Source of the DNA: Raillietiella orientalis
Lineage: Eukaryota
Direction of reading: 5' to 3'
Assembly: GCA_036172245.1 (NCBI GenBank)
Contig: JAYWIR010000047.1
Location: 62,001 to 126,000 of the forward strand
Length of the DNA stretch: 64,000 nucleotides
The translations under genes were made by a program, and so were the position numbers. Of the stretch, positions 1 through 12,100 are shown piece after piece. The notes below the pieces were generated by a model that saw only the letters and a list, made by a program, of their open reading frames with translations, was not told the DNA's origin and did not search any database. Positions within the stretch are counted from its first letter, which is position 1. Each line of letters opens with the position of its first letter.

Positions 1-1988
1 CCGTCGCCGAACAAGTTTATCCCCCGCAGCCTGGACCTGTATCCTCTAGCGGCAGCACCGCTGCCTTGGCTGCCGCCAGAGAAGGAGAGCCTGCCTCTGT
101 ATCCGTATTTGCTCCACCAGTCCCCGCTCTTGAACCTTTGGTACAAGCAAGACAACGAGTTCCTCACTCCGAAGTCTGTCCTTTTTCTGGAGATCAAGAG
201 TCCCGTGTCCTTCGAGGACCCGAAGCACACCTGCATGCTCATTCTGTTCACGATGTTGTTGCAGGACTCTCTGAACGAGGACACGTTCGAGGCCGGCTTG
301 GCGGGACTGGGCTACAACCTCAAAGCGACCAAGTACGGAATCACGGTCAGTGGGAGGGGACACGGGGATCCCGCCGGGACTGAAGAGGGAATTCCATAAC
401 GCAAAACCGCCGCTGCAGATGACGCTGAGCGGATACAGTGACAAACAGGACACGCTGCTCTCTCAAATCCTGGAAGGGATGGTTGCCTTGCACGTCGACC
501 CGAGTCGCCTGGAAGTCTTCCGGAGGCAGGTACTGTTGCAGCGGACGGGGTTGGTTCGGCCACTCGCGGCGCGCGCAGCTCGGCAGGAATCTGGCCAACT
601 TCCTGTTGGAGCAGCCGTACGTGAAGAGCAGCTACTACATGAACGCTCTGCTGGTGGAGAAGGTGTGGACGACGGAAGAATTGCAGAGCTCGTTGGAAGG
701 TGAGCGATCGGGGCCGCTCGCTAACGAACCTGCACGAACGCCCTGGCACCGCAGGAGTCACCGTCGAGGACATGCGTCAATTTCCTGCCCGCTTCTTCGC
801 CGACGTCTTCCTCGAATGCTTCATCCACGGGAACGTCAACGAACAGGTCAAAGTCTGCTTTCGAAATTAGCTCCTCACTTTGTTCTGGGCGGTTCGTTTC
901 CCACGCAGAGGGCGCAACAGGTCCTGCGATTAATCCAAAGCAGCTTCCGCGACAGCAAACCGATCCCGAAGGAGCAGATCACCCTTTACAGGGAGTACAT
1001 CATGCCCGAGAGTGAGTAGCTGAGCCGTGCAGGAAGCAGCGGTAACTCGGATGCAACCACCAACAGAGTCTTCTTACCTGTACACGCTGCCGTACGATGC
1101 TCACAAAATCCATGCCGTCGAAGCGTACTATCAGTACAGTCCCGAAGGCAACCCCAACCACGCTTTGATGCAGCTTTTTGCTCAGATCGTTCGAGAGCCC
1201 GCGTACAGCATCCTGCGCACCAAGGTGGGGCGGGCGCTGCGCTTGCTTGCCATCTTACTGACCATGTTCGTCGCCCCGCAGGAGCAGCTGGGTTACATCG
1301 TGCTCTCCTCCATCCGCAGAATGAACTGCGTGCAAGGGCTGCGCATCGCCATTCAATCGGACAAGGATGCGGCTTACCTGGACCAACGGATCGAGCACTT
1401 CTGGCGATGGTTCCAAGTAGGCTAGGAGGCGGTCCTCTTCGTCCACGGCTTCATTCTTTCCTCAAGGGGTACCTCCTCAACATGTCGGAGGGAGAGTTTG
1501 AAAATCACAAGGCCGCACTGCGGAAACTGCTGCTGAGGAAGCCCAAGAAGCTGGCCGAGAGGACCGGCAAGCTGTGGGCGGAAATCGCGAACCACGAGTA
1601 CAAGTTCAACCGCGACACCCTGGAAAGCGCCGACTTGGGCGTGTTGACCCGCGAGGACGTGCTGCTGTTTTACGAGGTAGCTGCCCCTCCCTTAGCTTCA
1701 CGCGCGTTCCCTCTTTCATCCTTAGAAATACGTGAGGAAAGGTTCGCGGTTCAGAAGGAAGCTGTCCGTCTACGTCATGCCGTCCGGACACAACGGGACG
1801 TCCGCGCGACCTCAGGACGGCGACGCTGTAAGCTGCCCTTTCCTCGCTCTTTTCGAAACGGGTGGGAACGTCCTTTTCAGCCGCATCGTATCGAGAGCAT
1901 CAAGGACTTCAAAAGCGACCTCAGCCTCTGTTCTTTGCCCAAGCCATTCTATCCCGCCGAACTCTTCAAAGTCCATCATTACGTGTAG
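1..1988 (+). CDS. IDE: Insulin-degrading enzyme (insulysin, peptidase M16A), 3' half; 5' part lies outside the window
   Basis: Exons 1-345, 419-529, 579-699, 755-846, 909-1011, 1067-1224, 1282-1416, 1467-1676, 1726-1827 and 1881-1988 join in frame across GT-AG introns of about 49-73 nt. Insulysin motifs: PNKFIP, LWYKQDNEFLTPK, DSLNEDTFEAGLAGL, GYSDKQ, FIHGN, LRTKEQLGYIV, RRKLSVYV. Stop TAG ends at 1988. Confidence 0.93.
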
Positions 1989-2304
1989 ACAAACCGATGC
2001 TCCCCTCACCACCATTTCGTCCACCCGTGCGAGACTCGTGACATGCACGAACCTTTTTTTTTTTATCCGTCATCCCGCCATTTGATGACGTCCGCGTCCT
2101 ATCCACCCTTGCTCCCGTCTGGCCAACCGGTCAGCAGCAATGACTGGGATGCTCGTCTGAAGCAGCTGGAGAACCAACAGCTGGTCGCGCTCGTAACCTC
2201 GGCGACAGGAAAAGTTTGCTCAACGAACCTACTTGGGGCAACGGGACCGGGCGTTCCCAACATGCGCGGCAGCGCCTCCGACCCACGCTGCCGAGCGTTG
2301 CTTG

Positions 2305-3990
2305 TTATCTGGAATTGAAATGACGACCCTCGTGCGAGATATCCACCTCGTGACGTTTTTTCGAAATATACGCAAATGCAAGGGACAAACAGTCCGGACG
2401 TTGACAGCAGTCGACATCCAAGCCAGGTTTCGGTGCGTCGCAGTGGGAACAAAAGAAAGAGCTTGGTCCGTCCGGACTAAAGGAGCATGAAAGCTTGCTT
2501 CGGGTTCTCGAAGGACACGGAACTCTCTTATCTCCAGAAAGAGGACAGGTTGCCGCTGCTCTTGGTTGTCTGTGGAGTCTTTCCCTGATTGACGGACGTA
2601 GCAGCAACGGGACAGGCAACGCAATGCTGCCGTAAGGATCCAGATTTTCCGTATTTCGCAGCGTCTGGTGCCTTTTTTTCCGGATGCTCGGAACGAACTC
2701 GCGCATCTCTGCATAAGGAAGGGCGGAGAATGACCAGACGCTGGACGCTCAGTCTGACGTGTTGCCTCCACGTGCGAGTCCCGTCTCTAAAGACGGCGCG
2801 GCTGCCGGGAGGCTTTGCCTTCGTGCGGCCACGCGGCTGGGCCTCGTACGCCCGCTGGGTACCTGTCTTTCTCTCGAGTGGCAAGTGCAGGTCGATGTGC
2901 CTTCCAGCATTTTCCAGCCGAGTTTCCCGCATAAGAACGTCTCGCGAGATGTCTCTTCCAACCGAGCAAACGGTGCTCCCCCGTGAAAGGGGAGCATTAC
3001 ATCCAGCAGCCTTTTTTCTTGCCCTTTTGTCTCGACTGCCAGCGCTGATCGTGGAATAAGGAAGTGCTGCTCGTGTTCGGTACGGAAAGTGTCGCGACCT
3101 CTGCCCGGATAAGCCGTGATCGCTGCAGGGAGCGGCAACTTTCTGGGGCGGCGCATCCGCTTCCGCAGTAAAGGGTTCGTCTTGCAAACTGTTCCTCTTT
3201 GTTTGGTCGCCACGGGATAGGAGATGGGGCAGAGAAATCGGAGGCTTCCGGAACGAACCGCATCGTGTGCGCCGCTCGTCGCCCTTGCGATTTCTCCGAA
3301 ATGTGCAAAAGAGTGTTTGCCAAAGCAGATGGGAGCGGATGCATCTCCAGCAAGCAACGAGGACGAACGCGGGCACACGGGGAACAAAAAGGAAGGGATG
3401 CCGGCGTGCATGGTGCTCCCGTATGTGGTGAGCTGGAATTCGGCGTCTGCTCGCTTCGCAGTAGTCAACGTCGTCCAAGTCTTTGCGCTGCTTCCGTCAA
3501 TGAAGATGAAGCTGTTTGGCTCCACGATCTTCTTCGCATCGCAGGGACCTTCGTGCCGATGTCCGTTGTTGTTTGAGATCGCAGCACTCGTGGGTTCTGG
3601 CTTGCGAACTGGGTGGAGGACGTGCATGGAAGATGCCTCTGGCGCATCGCAAGACATCTGCAGAAGCGCAGAAACGATCGCCGAAGAAAAAGAACGGCCT
3701 GGTCGCGCTCGCTGCTCTGACTCGGGAACGAAGCTTCCGTCTTTGCTGCTAGCTCGAGGACGCACGTGGAATTCGGGGACTTCGGGAAACGCCCGGAGTG
3801 CCAAAGGGCGTGCTCTCCTCGCGGACTTGCGGCTCCTGCAGCAGAAGCAGTAGCGTTCGCTCGTTCGTTGCCAGTCTCTTGGAGAGCATGCAGACTTTTA
3901 CGGAAGTGGATTCGATAGCTCCGTTTCCGAATCCGCAAAGGAGCAGCCACTGGCTTTCCGTTTCAGAAAATGGAACGACCGGAGCAAACA
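2305..3990 (-). CDS. Possible hypothetical spliced protein of unknown function
   Basis: GC-rich block with long minus-strand ORFs (2749-3804, 2305-2706) and intron-like GT...CTGCAG segments near 3840-3895 and 3660-3720. No domain recognised and no consistent exon chain could be built. Confidence 0.25.
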
Positions 3991-6900
3991 CCGACCTGAG
4001 GTCTGGGAGGGTCAGGAAAGTGTGCCCTTCGATCGACGTCTGACAGTAGGGCCTGTGTTCTGGCAGTTGCGGCTAGGGCGTTCGTTCCATTCGAACCTGG
4101 ATGCTATGGCGAAATGCTGACGTGCAGGCGGCTCCTTGGAAACGTTTCACGTTAAAGGGTGCCATCGTGCCTTTTCCCTTCCATCAAGACGAAACACTGC
4201 TCGAACCTCACGTGCATGTGCACCACGTAGATGGAGCGTGGGTGAGTGGTAAAAGGTGAAACGCTCGTCCCCGTGTGTGTGCGCGTGTTAATGGCAAAGT
4301 ATGGGGTTGTATTGGAGAATAGTTGTTCGGAATAGAGGCAACAGATGGCATGTCGTTACTTGGGCCATCGTACGGGCGTTTTTCTTTTGCTCTTTTCTCC
4401 CCCGCAAATCGTGGGTGGACCTCATCTTCGTACCCCACGCGCTTCGATGGCCCAGGAAAGCGTTGAGGAAGCGTCAGAGGCATCGTATGGGAAAGCATGC
4501 TCAAGATGACAGCCGATGGCCGTGCGTAGCGGGGAAGGCGCCCGAGGGTGGAGAGAGGCAAAACTGTGGGAGACCTCCAATAGCCCCTTTACGAAACCTT
4601 TATAGGATCTCAATACCATAGCACTGCGCCTCGGAAGGAGCTGAGATCATCCTTCCAACAGGCAAAGGGAGGGCAGCTTTCCTCCGAGGAGCGGAAGGCG
4701 ACATTTTGTTGGAGATGCGATTGGCTTCCTATCCAATCCAATTCGGGATGCTCTCGAGTGTGCAAGAGCACGCTCTCCGGTTAGACGACAGTAGCAATTG
4801 CGAAGCTGCATCCCACTGCGCAGCTTCATCCACTCGCTCCATGGCTGGCATCCGGACAAATGAGGTCCATTGAAGCTTGTCATACGTGAGCGAAACTTGG
4901 GAAACCAGAACGAGGTTACTCAGAAGTTGAAGACCGCAGACCTCGGAGGAATTGGATCGTTGAGCGGTGCAGGCTTTTGGTTTGGTTTTCTCTTTCCTCC
5001 AGGAAAAATGGGACTTGCGGAGGACTTGTGCAACCGTTGCTGCGATCAATTCGATCTCGTCGAGGCGATTCGTGGCTAGGAGGGAGACGCCGGGCAGAGT
5101 TTATCGAGAGACGCTCCCATGCATCCGTCCGACTTCGAAGGGAGGGATGAATCGAACGGAAAAAGAATTCACAGTGCACGCATATCGTCCTGGGACAGCG
5201 TTTTTTCTGGGAGAAGAGCATGTGTCCGAATGGAGAGATGTTTCGGTTGCCGATCATTGCATGGAGAGACTCAAAATGACTCATGAAGTCTTTGAAATCG
5301 TTCTTTGAGTTTTGCAACTGATTTGCAACCGAACCGCTTCCTAGGGACATTCATCCCGAAGTGAACTGCGGTTGCTAAAGGGATCGGAGGAACCCAAGAA
5401 GTGTGCAGCGCGTCGCCTCGGAAGTGCGGAAGTTCGCATGGTAAGCATTTGCAGCTCACAAAGGCCGTAACCTCGGATACGCTTGCTGTGGAATGTCATC
5501 GTGCTGGTGGCGATAGCACGTGCGTGGGCAGGAGAGAAACGAGTGAGGAAAGCAGAGCAGTTGTGGAATGGATGCAGAGGGCACAAAGTTCCCTTTTCTT
5601 CGATGCCGGCAAAGAGTGTTTCGCTTCCCTTATTGGGAAAAAAAAAAAAACGTCTCAAATCTGACTCAAAATGACGTGCTCCAGATGTGCTCGTGGCTTT
5701 CCAATGTTCGGAGCCCCCATTCCTGGCGGCTTGGTTTCGCTCTCTTAATTAGCGCTGCCTTGGCAAAATGAAGGTGCTGTTAACTTTACTTTGGTCGCGC
5801 CACCGGCTGTCTTGTATGTTTGCGTCTAGAATGCCCTCTGGAGGTTTCCACTTTCCTGGTCTACTAAGGTTGTGGTTGCTGCTTTGCCTTTGTTCTGTGT
5901 AAAGTGGTCTTTCCATCTTACGCACAGGATTGTTCTCCAAGCTTTCGAAATGGAACGACCAGGGGGAAAAGTGAGAACATTCTATCGGTTGCTCGCGTGG
6001 ATCTCCGTGTCAAGTCCGTGGACGGAGCGTGTCTTTATCGGAGAGTAACCAAGTGCATGAAAGATCACTTTGCAGGTCCTGCATCTCTGCTTGCAGTACG
6101 TAGCGAGACGAAAGCATCAAAGTATCCTCGAGAATGTGCCTCGTGTGTGAGCCCTCGTATGCTTCTGCTGACGTGTTTATATAGATTCTTGCAGGAGCCC
6201 TAAGCATGCTGAAAAACCCCTTAAATTTCCCATAAATTGCAAGTGTTTATAAATCCCATAACTTTTTTATCCGTTTTTACGGTCTATCTGCATTTGATGT
6301 GTATGCGTATACGATATGTGTACACACTAGATGGTGGTGTATACATCTGCTCTTTTGTGTATTGGAAATATAGCACTGCATCTATTAAGTGTATGATAAC
6401 AAGCGAAGAGCAAAACGATTTCTGACCTGCAGCTGTATGAATGTTTCAGCAAACTTTTGTTTGTTTCTGCAGTTTGTGTATAAGTAGATTTGCTTTCTTC
6501 AATGTGGAGTTTGTATGATTGCATCTATGGCTTTTGTTATTTATCAAATAGCAGGCGAACGACTAACTGTGTAATCCAATGTTCTGCCTGTGCCTTTGAA
6601 GGAATGAGGAATGCTCAGGAAGAGTAGACGGAGGAGTGAACAGATTATCGACTTTTTTACAGTAAGCTCTTGTCTGCATTGTGAGTGCTTCCTGAAGATT
6701 TCTCTGAATCTACGAGCGAAAGTCAGCAGAAGACACACAAAAAAGACTGGATACGATTGTTACAGCGTATTATCTCACATGATTGGATGCTTTGCTGAGG
6801 TCTCTCTACTGCGAAAACGAATGCACTCTGCAAAAGAGGTAAGCGATGAAGTGGTTCCATCAGAGGACAAATGTAGGATGAGTTCGGGGTTGTTTGCCCC

Positions 6901-7849
6901 TCGGAGGCCGATGTTTTTCCATGCGGAAATGTGTCGAGAATCATGGGCTTCCTCACGACTAGCTTGAATTAAGAACGAAAAAAGAGATGCCGGTATGAGA
7001 TTTTCAAAGCGCAGCACCAAGAGGATTCAGAAAGAACAGCCTTCCACAACCTCCAGCTCAGAATTGAACTGGGGAGATTGTTGATGAAGGACAGTTGAAG
7101 AACTGAAACCTCTTGAGAGCTTTCGAACATTCAGTTGTTAGCCTCCAATGCAAGTGAAACAAGAACAAGATCATTGCACAGCACACTGAATACGAATCCG
7201 TTGATGGGATTGAGAATCAGTTCAGTTCTCTCGTAAGAACTCACAAACCAGTTCCTCCTTGAGTCGAAGAATCATGCACTGCTACTGATTACCAGGCATC
7301 TCAGTCAATCTCGTATGCCACTCTTTCGTTGAATATCGTTACAAGCTTTATTCACCATTCGACTATGAACAAACGAGCTGAGCATCGTTTGCTAGGACGA
7401 AGACACGAGGAGACTGATTGCACCTAGAAGAATGGGAGGGAAAAAAACAAGGATTTGTGGCTAAAGAGTAGAAGCAAGAGAGGGATTATTGAATGCAGTC
7501 GTAGATTTTTAGTATTTATTTCCAAATGGCACTGCGAGATATGTAGCATTGTGTGTGGAAACATTTTCTGATCTCCTGGATACCAGACTCTCTAAGCCAC
7601 CTGCCGCAAGCGGAGTCGCCTGAGAAAGCATCAAGCCCAGCTCAAGACGGAGACGCTAACGGTTTGGAAGGTAAATTCCAGTTCTTGGGGCCCAGACATC
7701 CATTGGAGCAGTTACCGCCAAGGCATTCATTTACTCTGCGCATGGGAGGCGTCCGTAGGCCACACCTCTACAGTGCCATGAGCGAATAGCGTCGGAGTCT
7801 ACGGTCAGTTATTCATCATTGCTGTCTTCTTAAGCGAACTTCCAGGGTG

Positions 7850-8500
7850 AGAACAGATCTTTTCCGCATACCGATACCATGAGTACGGTGGGCAGTTTGA
7901 GTGGTTGGCTCACTGGAGGTGGAGTCCCGGATTCCAGGGCAGGCAGCGTTCTTTCGAAAACAGGGAAAAGAATGAGGCAAAAAAAACATGTTCCCGGTTC
8001 CAATTGGAAGAAGTGTGCGAAGTCTTCCGATTCCTCCTCAAATTCAAAGGAACAATGTTTCTTTTTGCTGCGTCTTTGTGCGAGTTTGTTTGCGAAGAGA
8101 AGCGCTACCTGGCTACCGAAGTGATGAAGGATTATCTCCCAAGATGCGATGAATGGACAATGATCTTTGATGCTAGATGAGGTAAAGGTGAGACGTCCTC
8201 ACTCGGAGCTACCAGAGACGAGGAAACCGAGGGCAGGGAGCTCTGTACTCTCTTCAAGGGAATAGACTGTTTAGGCAAACCTCCCTTTCGAGACACTCTT
8301 CCAGGATGTGGGTTGCAGTGTGTAGCGTGCGCAACACGAACTTCCTTGCGTACGAAAAGAGGAACAAAAGCACCCGACAGACCTCGGGCAGCACACAGAT
8401 CAGGTCCCTTGCGTGTTTTGGAACATTCGAGGAGGAGTTGAGTTTTCAACTAGTAACGATCGCATCCCCGTTGCCGTCCTCGACCACTACACTACCCGTG
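7850..8500 (+). mobile_element. Decayed RTE-like non-LTR retrotransposon, APE endonuclease fragment
   Basis: EEKRYLATEVMKDYLPRCDEWTMIFDAR resembles the RTE 'eeK..F..l..iP..d....GDFNAr' block. VRNTNFLAYEKRNKSTRQTSGSTQIR resembles 'NT.F......TW......qID'. Interrupted by stops and frameshifts. Confidence 0.45.
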
Positions 8501-9062
8501 CTCAAAGGAGGAGGAAAGAAGTTACCAGGGGCATGGCAACAAAAGCCGATTCTTCATCAAGGATCCCTTCGAGAGTAGGGAGAAGAGGTTGGAAAGGCGA
8601 GATGAGATAAAAATGATCTTGCCGTCAGTGCCTGAGGTGGGGCAGAACGCCACCGCGCATGCTAGTTGGTTGCGTGTGGCATCTTCGACTCTGAACCAGG
8701 AGGCACGATGGCTTGATTTCTGATCCCTAATAAAAATGCATCACTCGTCCCATTTCTTTCCAGGAATGGGAATTTCTGCTACGATCCGCTCTCATCCCTG
8801 CCGAAGCAGACTCCGTTGATGAAAAGATTTCAGAAATTCCAAAAATGGAAACTGAGAGTCCTTTTAGAGCACAGGAAACTTCAGAGAGCACACGCTGCTT
8901 CCTCTTTCATCTTCTCGGAATCCACAGAGACAAAAACGTCCAGCATGCTGGTCACTCTTTGAGTTCCCAGTGGAATACTCGCGCGGTAATCTGAGAAGAG
9001 AAGAGAGGAAGTCGTCCTCGATCCAATCTACTCTTTCCAACTCCAGTTCAATCTTGAGAGAC

Positions 9063-9068
9063 TTTATT
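9063..9068 (-). terminator. Polyadenylation signal AATAAA of the aspartic protease gene
   Basis: TTTATT on + (AATAAA on -), 40 nt downstream of the TGA stop. Confidence 0.55.
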
Positions 9069-9107
9069 GATAGCGGGCACAGACCGGCACTCGCATGACA
9101 TGACCAC

Positions 9108-12100
9108 TCAATTTGCAGCTGCAAAACCGACGCGTCGGTTGCCCACGTCGAATTTTGTGTAGTACCTCCTTAAAAAAGTGTTCCCCAGTATCCAGAACGG
9201 ATTCATGTTTGGAGGAAACTCAAGGCCAATGAATTGGAGGATGCAGAAAGTTTTTCGAGACCTTTTTACCTAGGAAACATGAAGAGAGCGATTTTCACGA
9301 AGGTGCTCGTACCTTCAGAACGTAATCATCAGAACTGAGAGTCAAGTGCCTTTCGCCAACTTGAAAAACGAGGGAAGACAGAGTATGAAGATTGTTGCAA
9401 TTGATCTGAAAAGACTGTGGCTTTCCTGTGTCTCTGTGCTCTCCTACCATGTACAGCATCTCCTTCAAGGAAAGGTAAACTCCTGAATTTTTGAAGAGTT
9501 TTATGATGCTATCCTTTGGAGCAGCGAGAAAGCTGGTTCCCGTGTCCACGATTGCTCTGCACCTAGATTTACATGCTGACTCATTATTATGGACGATGCT
9601 GCAATAGTAAAAGCTATAGAAATCGAGAGAGATGGAATCTTACTTCTCCACCAGGATTTCCCAGTATGCCTCCCTTAGTACTTTGGCGTACACGAAGTTA
9701 CCGGTGTATCTGTTCGGGTTCGTTCCTCCGAGTGTCAACTCGCCACCCGATTCTGAACGCATATCTCTGGTTACGAATGGAAACACATTCAAGGCACAGT
9801 CTTCAGTAAGGATCCTTCCGATGCAAAGAGCATGGAGGAAGTTACATGGGTCGGGGGACTGTGGCAGCTACTCCCTCGTTCCAGCTCCGTGAGAAACAAA
9901 GCAAGAACACGAAAACTAAGAGTCGCCTATTTACTAAAGAGAGGTTTAGTCTTCCCATGATTTCCCGAAAGCCACATGTGTGGGACTCGTACTGAGTTTT
10001 GGGCATTTAGTGGAGAAGTGTGAGAAAGGACGCAGCATACCATAATCCAGGATCTCGACCTGACTCCATTATGTGTCTCTGGCCGTCTCATTGGCTGCTG
10101 AATATCTCAATTTTGATGTGAAATAACTCGTGATACAGAAACGACACGGTAAACTGTGTGTGCAGCATTGGGTTTTTTTCCAAAAAAAGATTCAACTGTT
10201 GTGCTTTTTACATCTCTTCGTCGATTTCCAAGATCCAGACGGAGCAAACATGGAAAACATGCTCTTTCGAGAAAACATAATAACTAGGAGCACATGCAAC
10301 GAGATCCCAGTTTCCGACTAGTTTTCTTTCTGCAACCCCTCGGCAACCGAAACTAACGACTCTTGTCTCTACCTGCTTCCTTCTTTCACGACCACCTAGA
10401 ATTTCGAACTCGGTGAATTGGAATATACCCACCTCCGAATTCTCAGAGTTTCAGGATTCCTGGAAGGTTCTTTGATACTGTGGAAGGTGTAGCTGCATGT
10501 TTTCGCTTGCAAAAACAGATCCTTCACAGAAGCGTTCTTTATCCAACCCACCGTCAGGTATTATCTTCTGCATATTTGCCTGTCCATTCCAGTTTAGTAT
10601 TTCATCTTTGATTCATGTTTCCAGCTACATTGAAAGTGCTCTGACGTGCTGGATCACAAGGTGCAGAGGTTTGCCTTTAAACAGGCAGGCTGATTTCCTC
10701 CCTCTTTGATCTTGGCTCTTTTTTGGTTGTCATTTCCTCTCACGCAGGTTTGCTCCACGTTTGGCAGAAGAAAACAATCTTCTGGATTGAATTTCGAATG
10801 CAACTTATCCACATATTTTTGCTTTTCTTCCCTAATGTCCTCTAGCACGATTTCGAGATGATGGGCGAATCACATGGAGTTGGCTCCTGACGCAAGTCGA
10901 CATCGAAAGGTTGGGTCATCTGCTTTTCAGCATCGCCTTCACGGACGAAAACCGAATGCTTTCTCAATTTCCAATCTTTCTACGAAGCGATTTAATGTTC
11001 TGTTTTGTTATTCGGTTCTTTTCACTATTCTTCTGCTTCAGCGCAGTTTGCTTGCCCTTAGCTTCAAGTAGTTAGTTATTCATCTCTTCAAGCATCGCTC
11101 CGTTCACATCGATCTCATGTCTAATCCGGCAATATCGAATCATGGATCCTACGAGTGTTTGCTTGCTGGCAAGTTGCACGGTGATATTTGGCAAGAACAA
11201 AACAAGAAAAGAGAAACAAATCATCATCTTCTAGATCCGCCCTTTTTTTTAGAAGAGCAAGCATTAGTGATCCGTGGGTACATTGCAGCGATCTCATGCT
11301 CATTTGCTAATGGAAACAGCTCAGGGAGCTGCAAAACCAAATGTTACAGTCTCTCTTCTGTGAAACTTGCGTTCTGTACTTTCGTGCAGCTTCTTCTGGA
11401 ATATCTTGTATTATACATCTTTGCTTTCATTTTGAAAGGATCCTATTTATTCTCTCTCTGTTCACATCCGATAGACTGGACCAAATCACTCGAAGGAACA
11501 TCTTCCATCTTCAACTGCTGTGCTGATTAAGGAAAACGAAGAGCTTGCGCGAGGCTAGTTAGACGGAAATGCAACTCATCCTTCTCTAATGCTGACGTGT
11601 AAATGCTCTTCTCCATGAAATCTGGATCGTAAAAGAAATATTTTGTTCTCACAGAAAACCGAGAATCTCTGAGTGGTCTCGCAGCTGCTTCGAGAGAAAC
11701 CTTGAGATAAAGGAAGGAAGCTGCCCTGTTCTTCAAAAATTTCACGAAAACTCTTTCTCTGCAATCGGTTTCGGGGAACGCCTCTCTTAGAATACTCTCT
11801 TAGACCTTTTGCACTCCCGGAAAAACAACAGTCACCATGCACTACTTGCTTTTAAATTTTTGCAAAACTTCTTGGAAATGCAAGACACTTTGCCAGATAT
11901 CAACCTAAAGTGTTTCACTAGCATTTGATCTGTTCCTCACATTATCATCCTGTTGAGGGACCTTAAGCAAAACGTTTGCGAGTTACAGACCTGTTGAAGT
12001 AGAAGGAAAACTCGGGAACCTTCACTGTTCCCTCTTGTAGCAACGTCTGGAAAAGGGGAGGTTGTCCAAGAGCAGATAAGGAAGGGAAACCCATCCCGAC

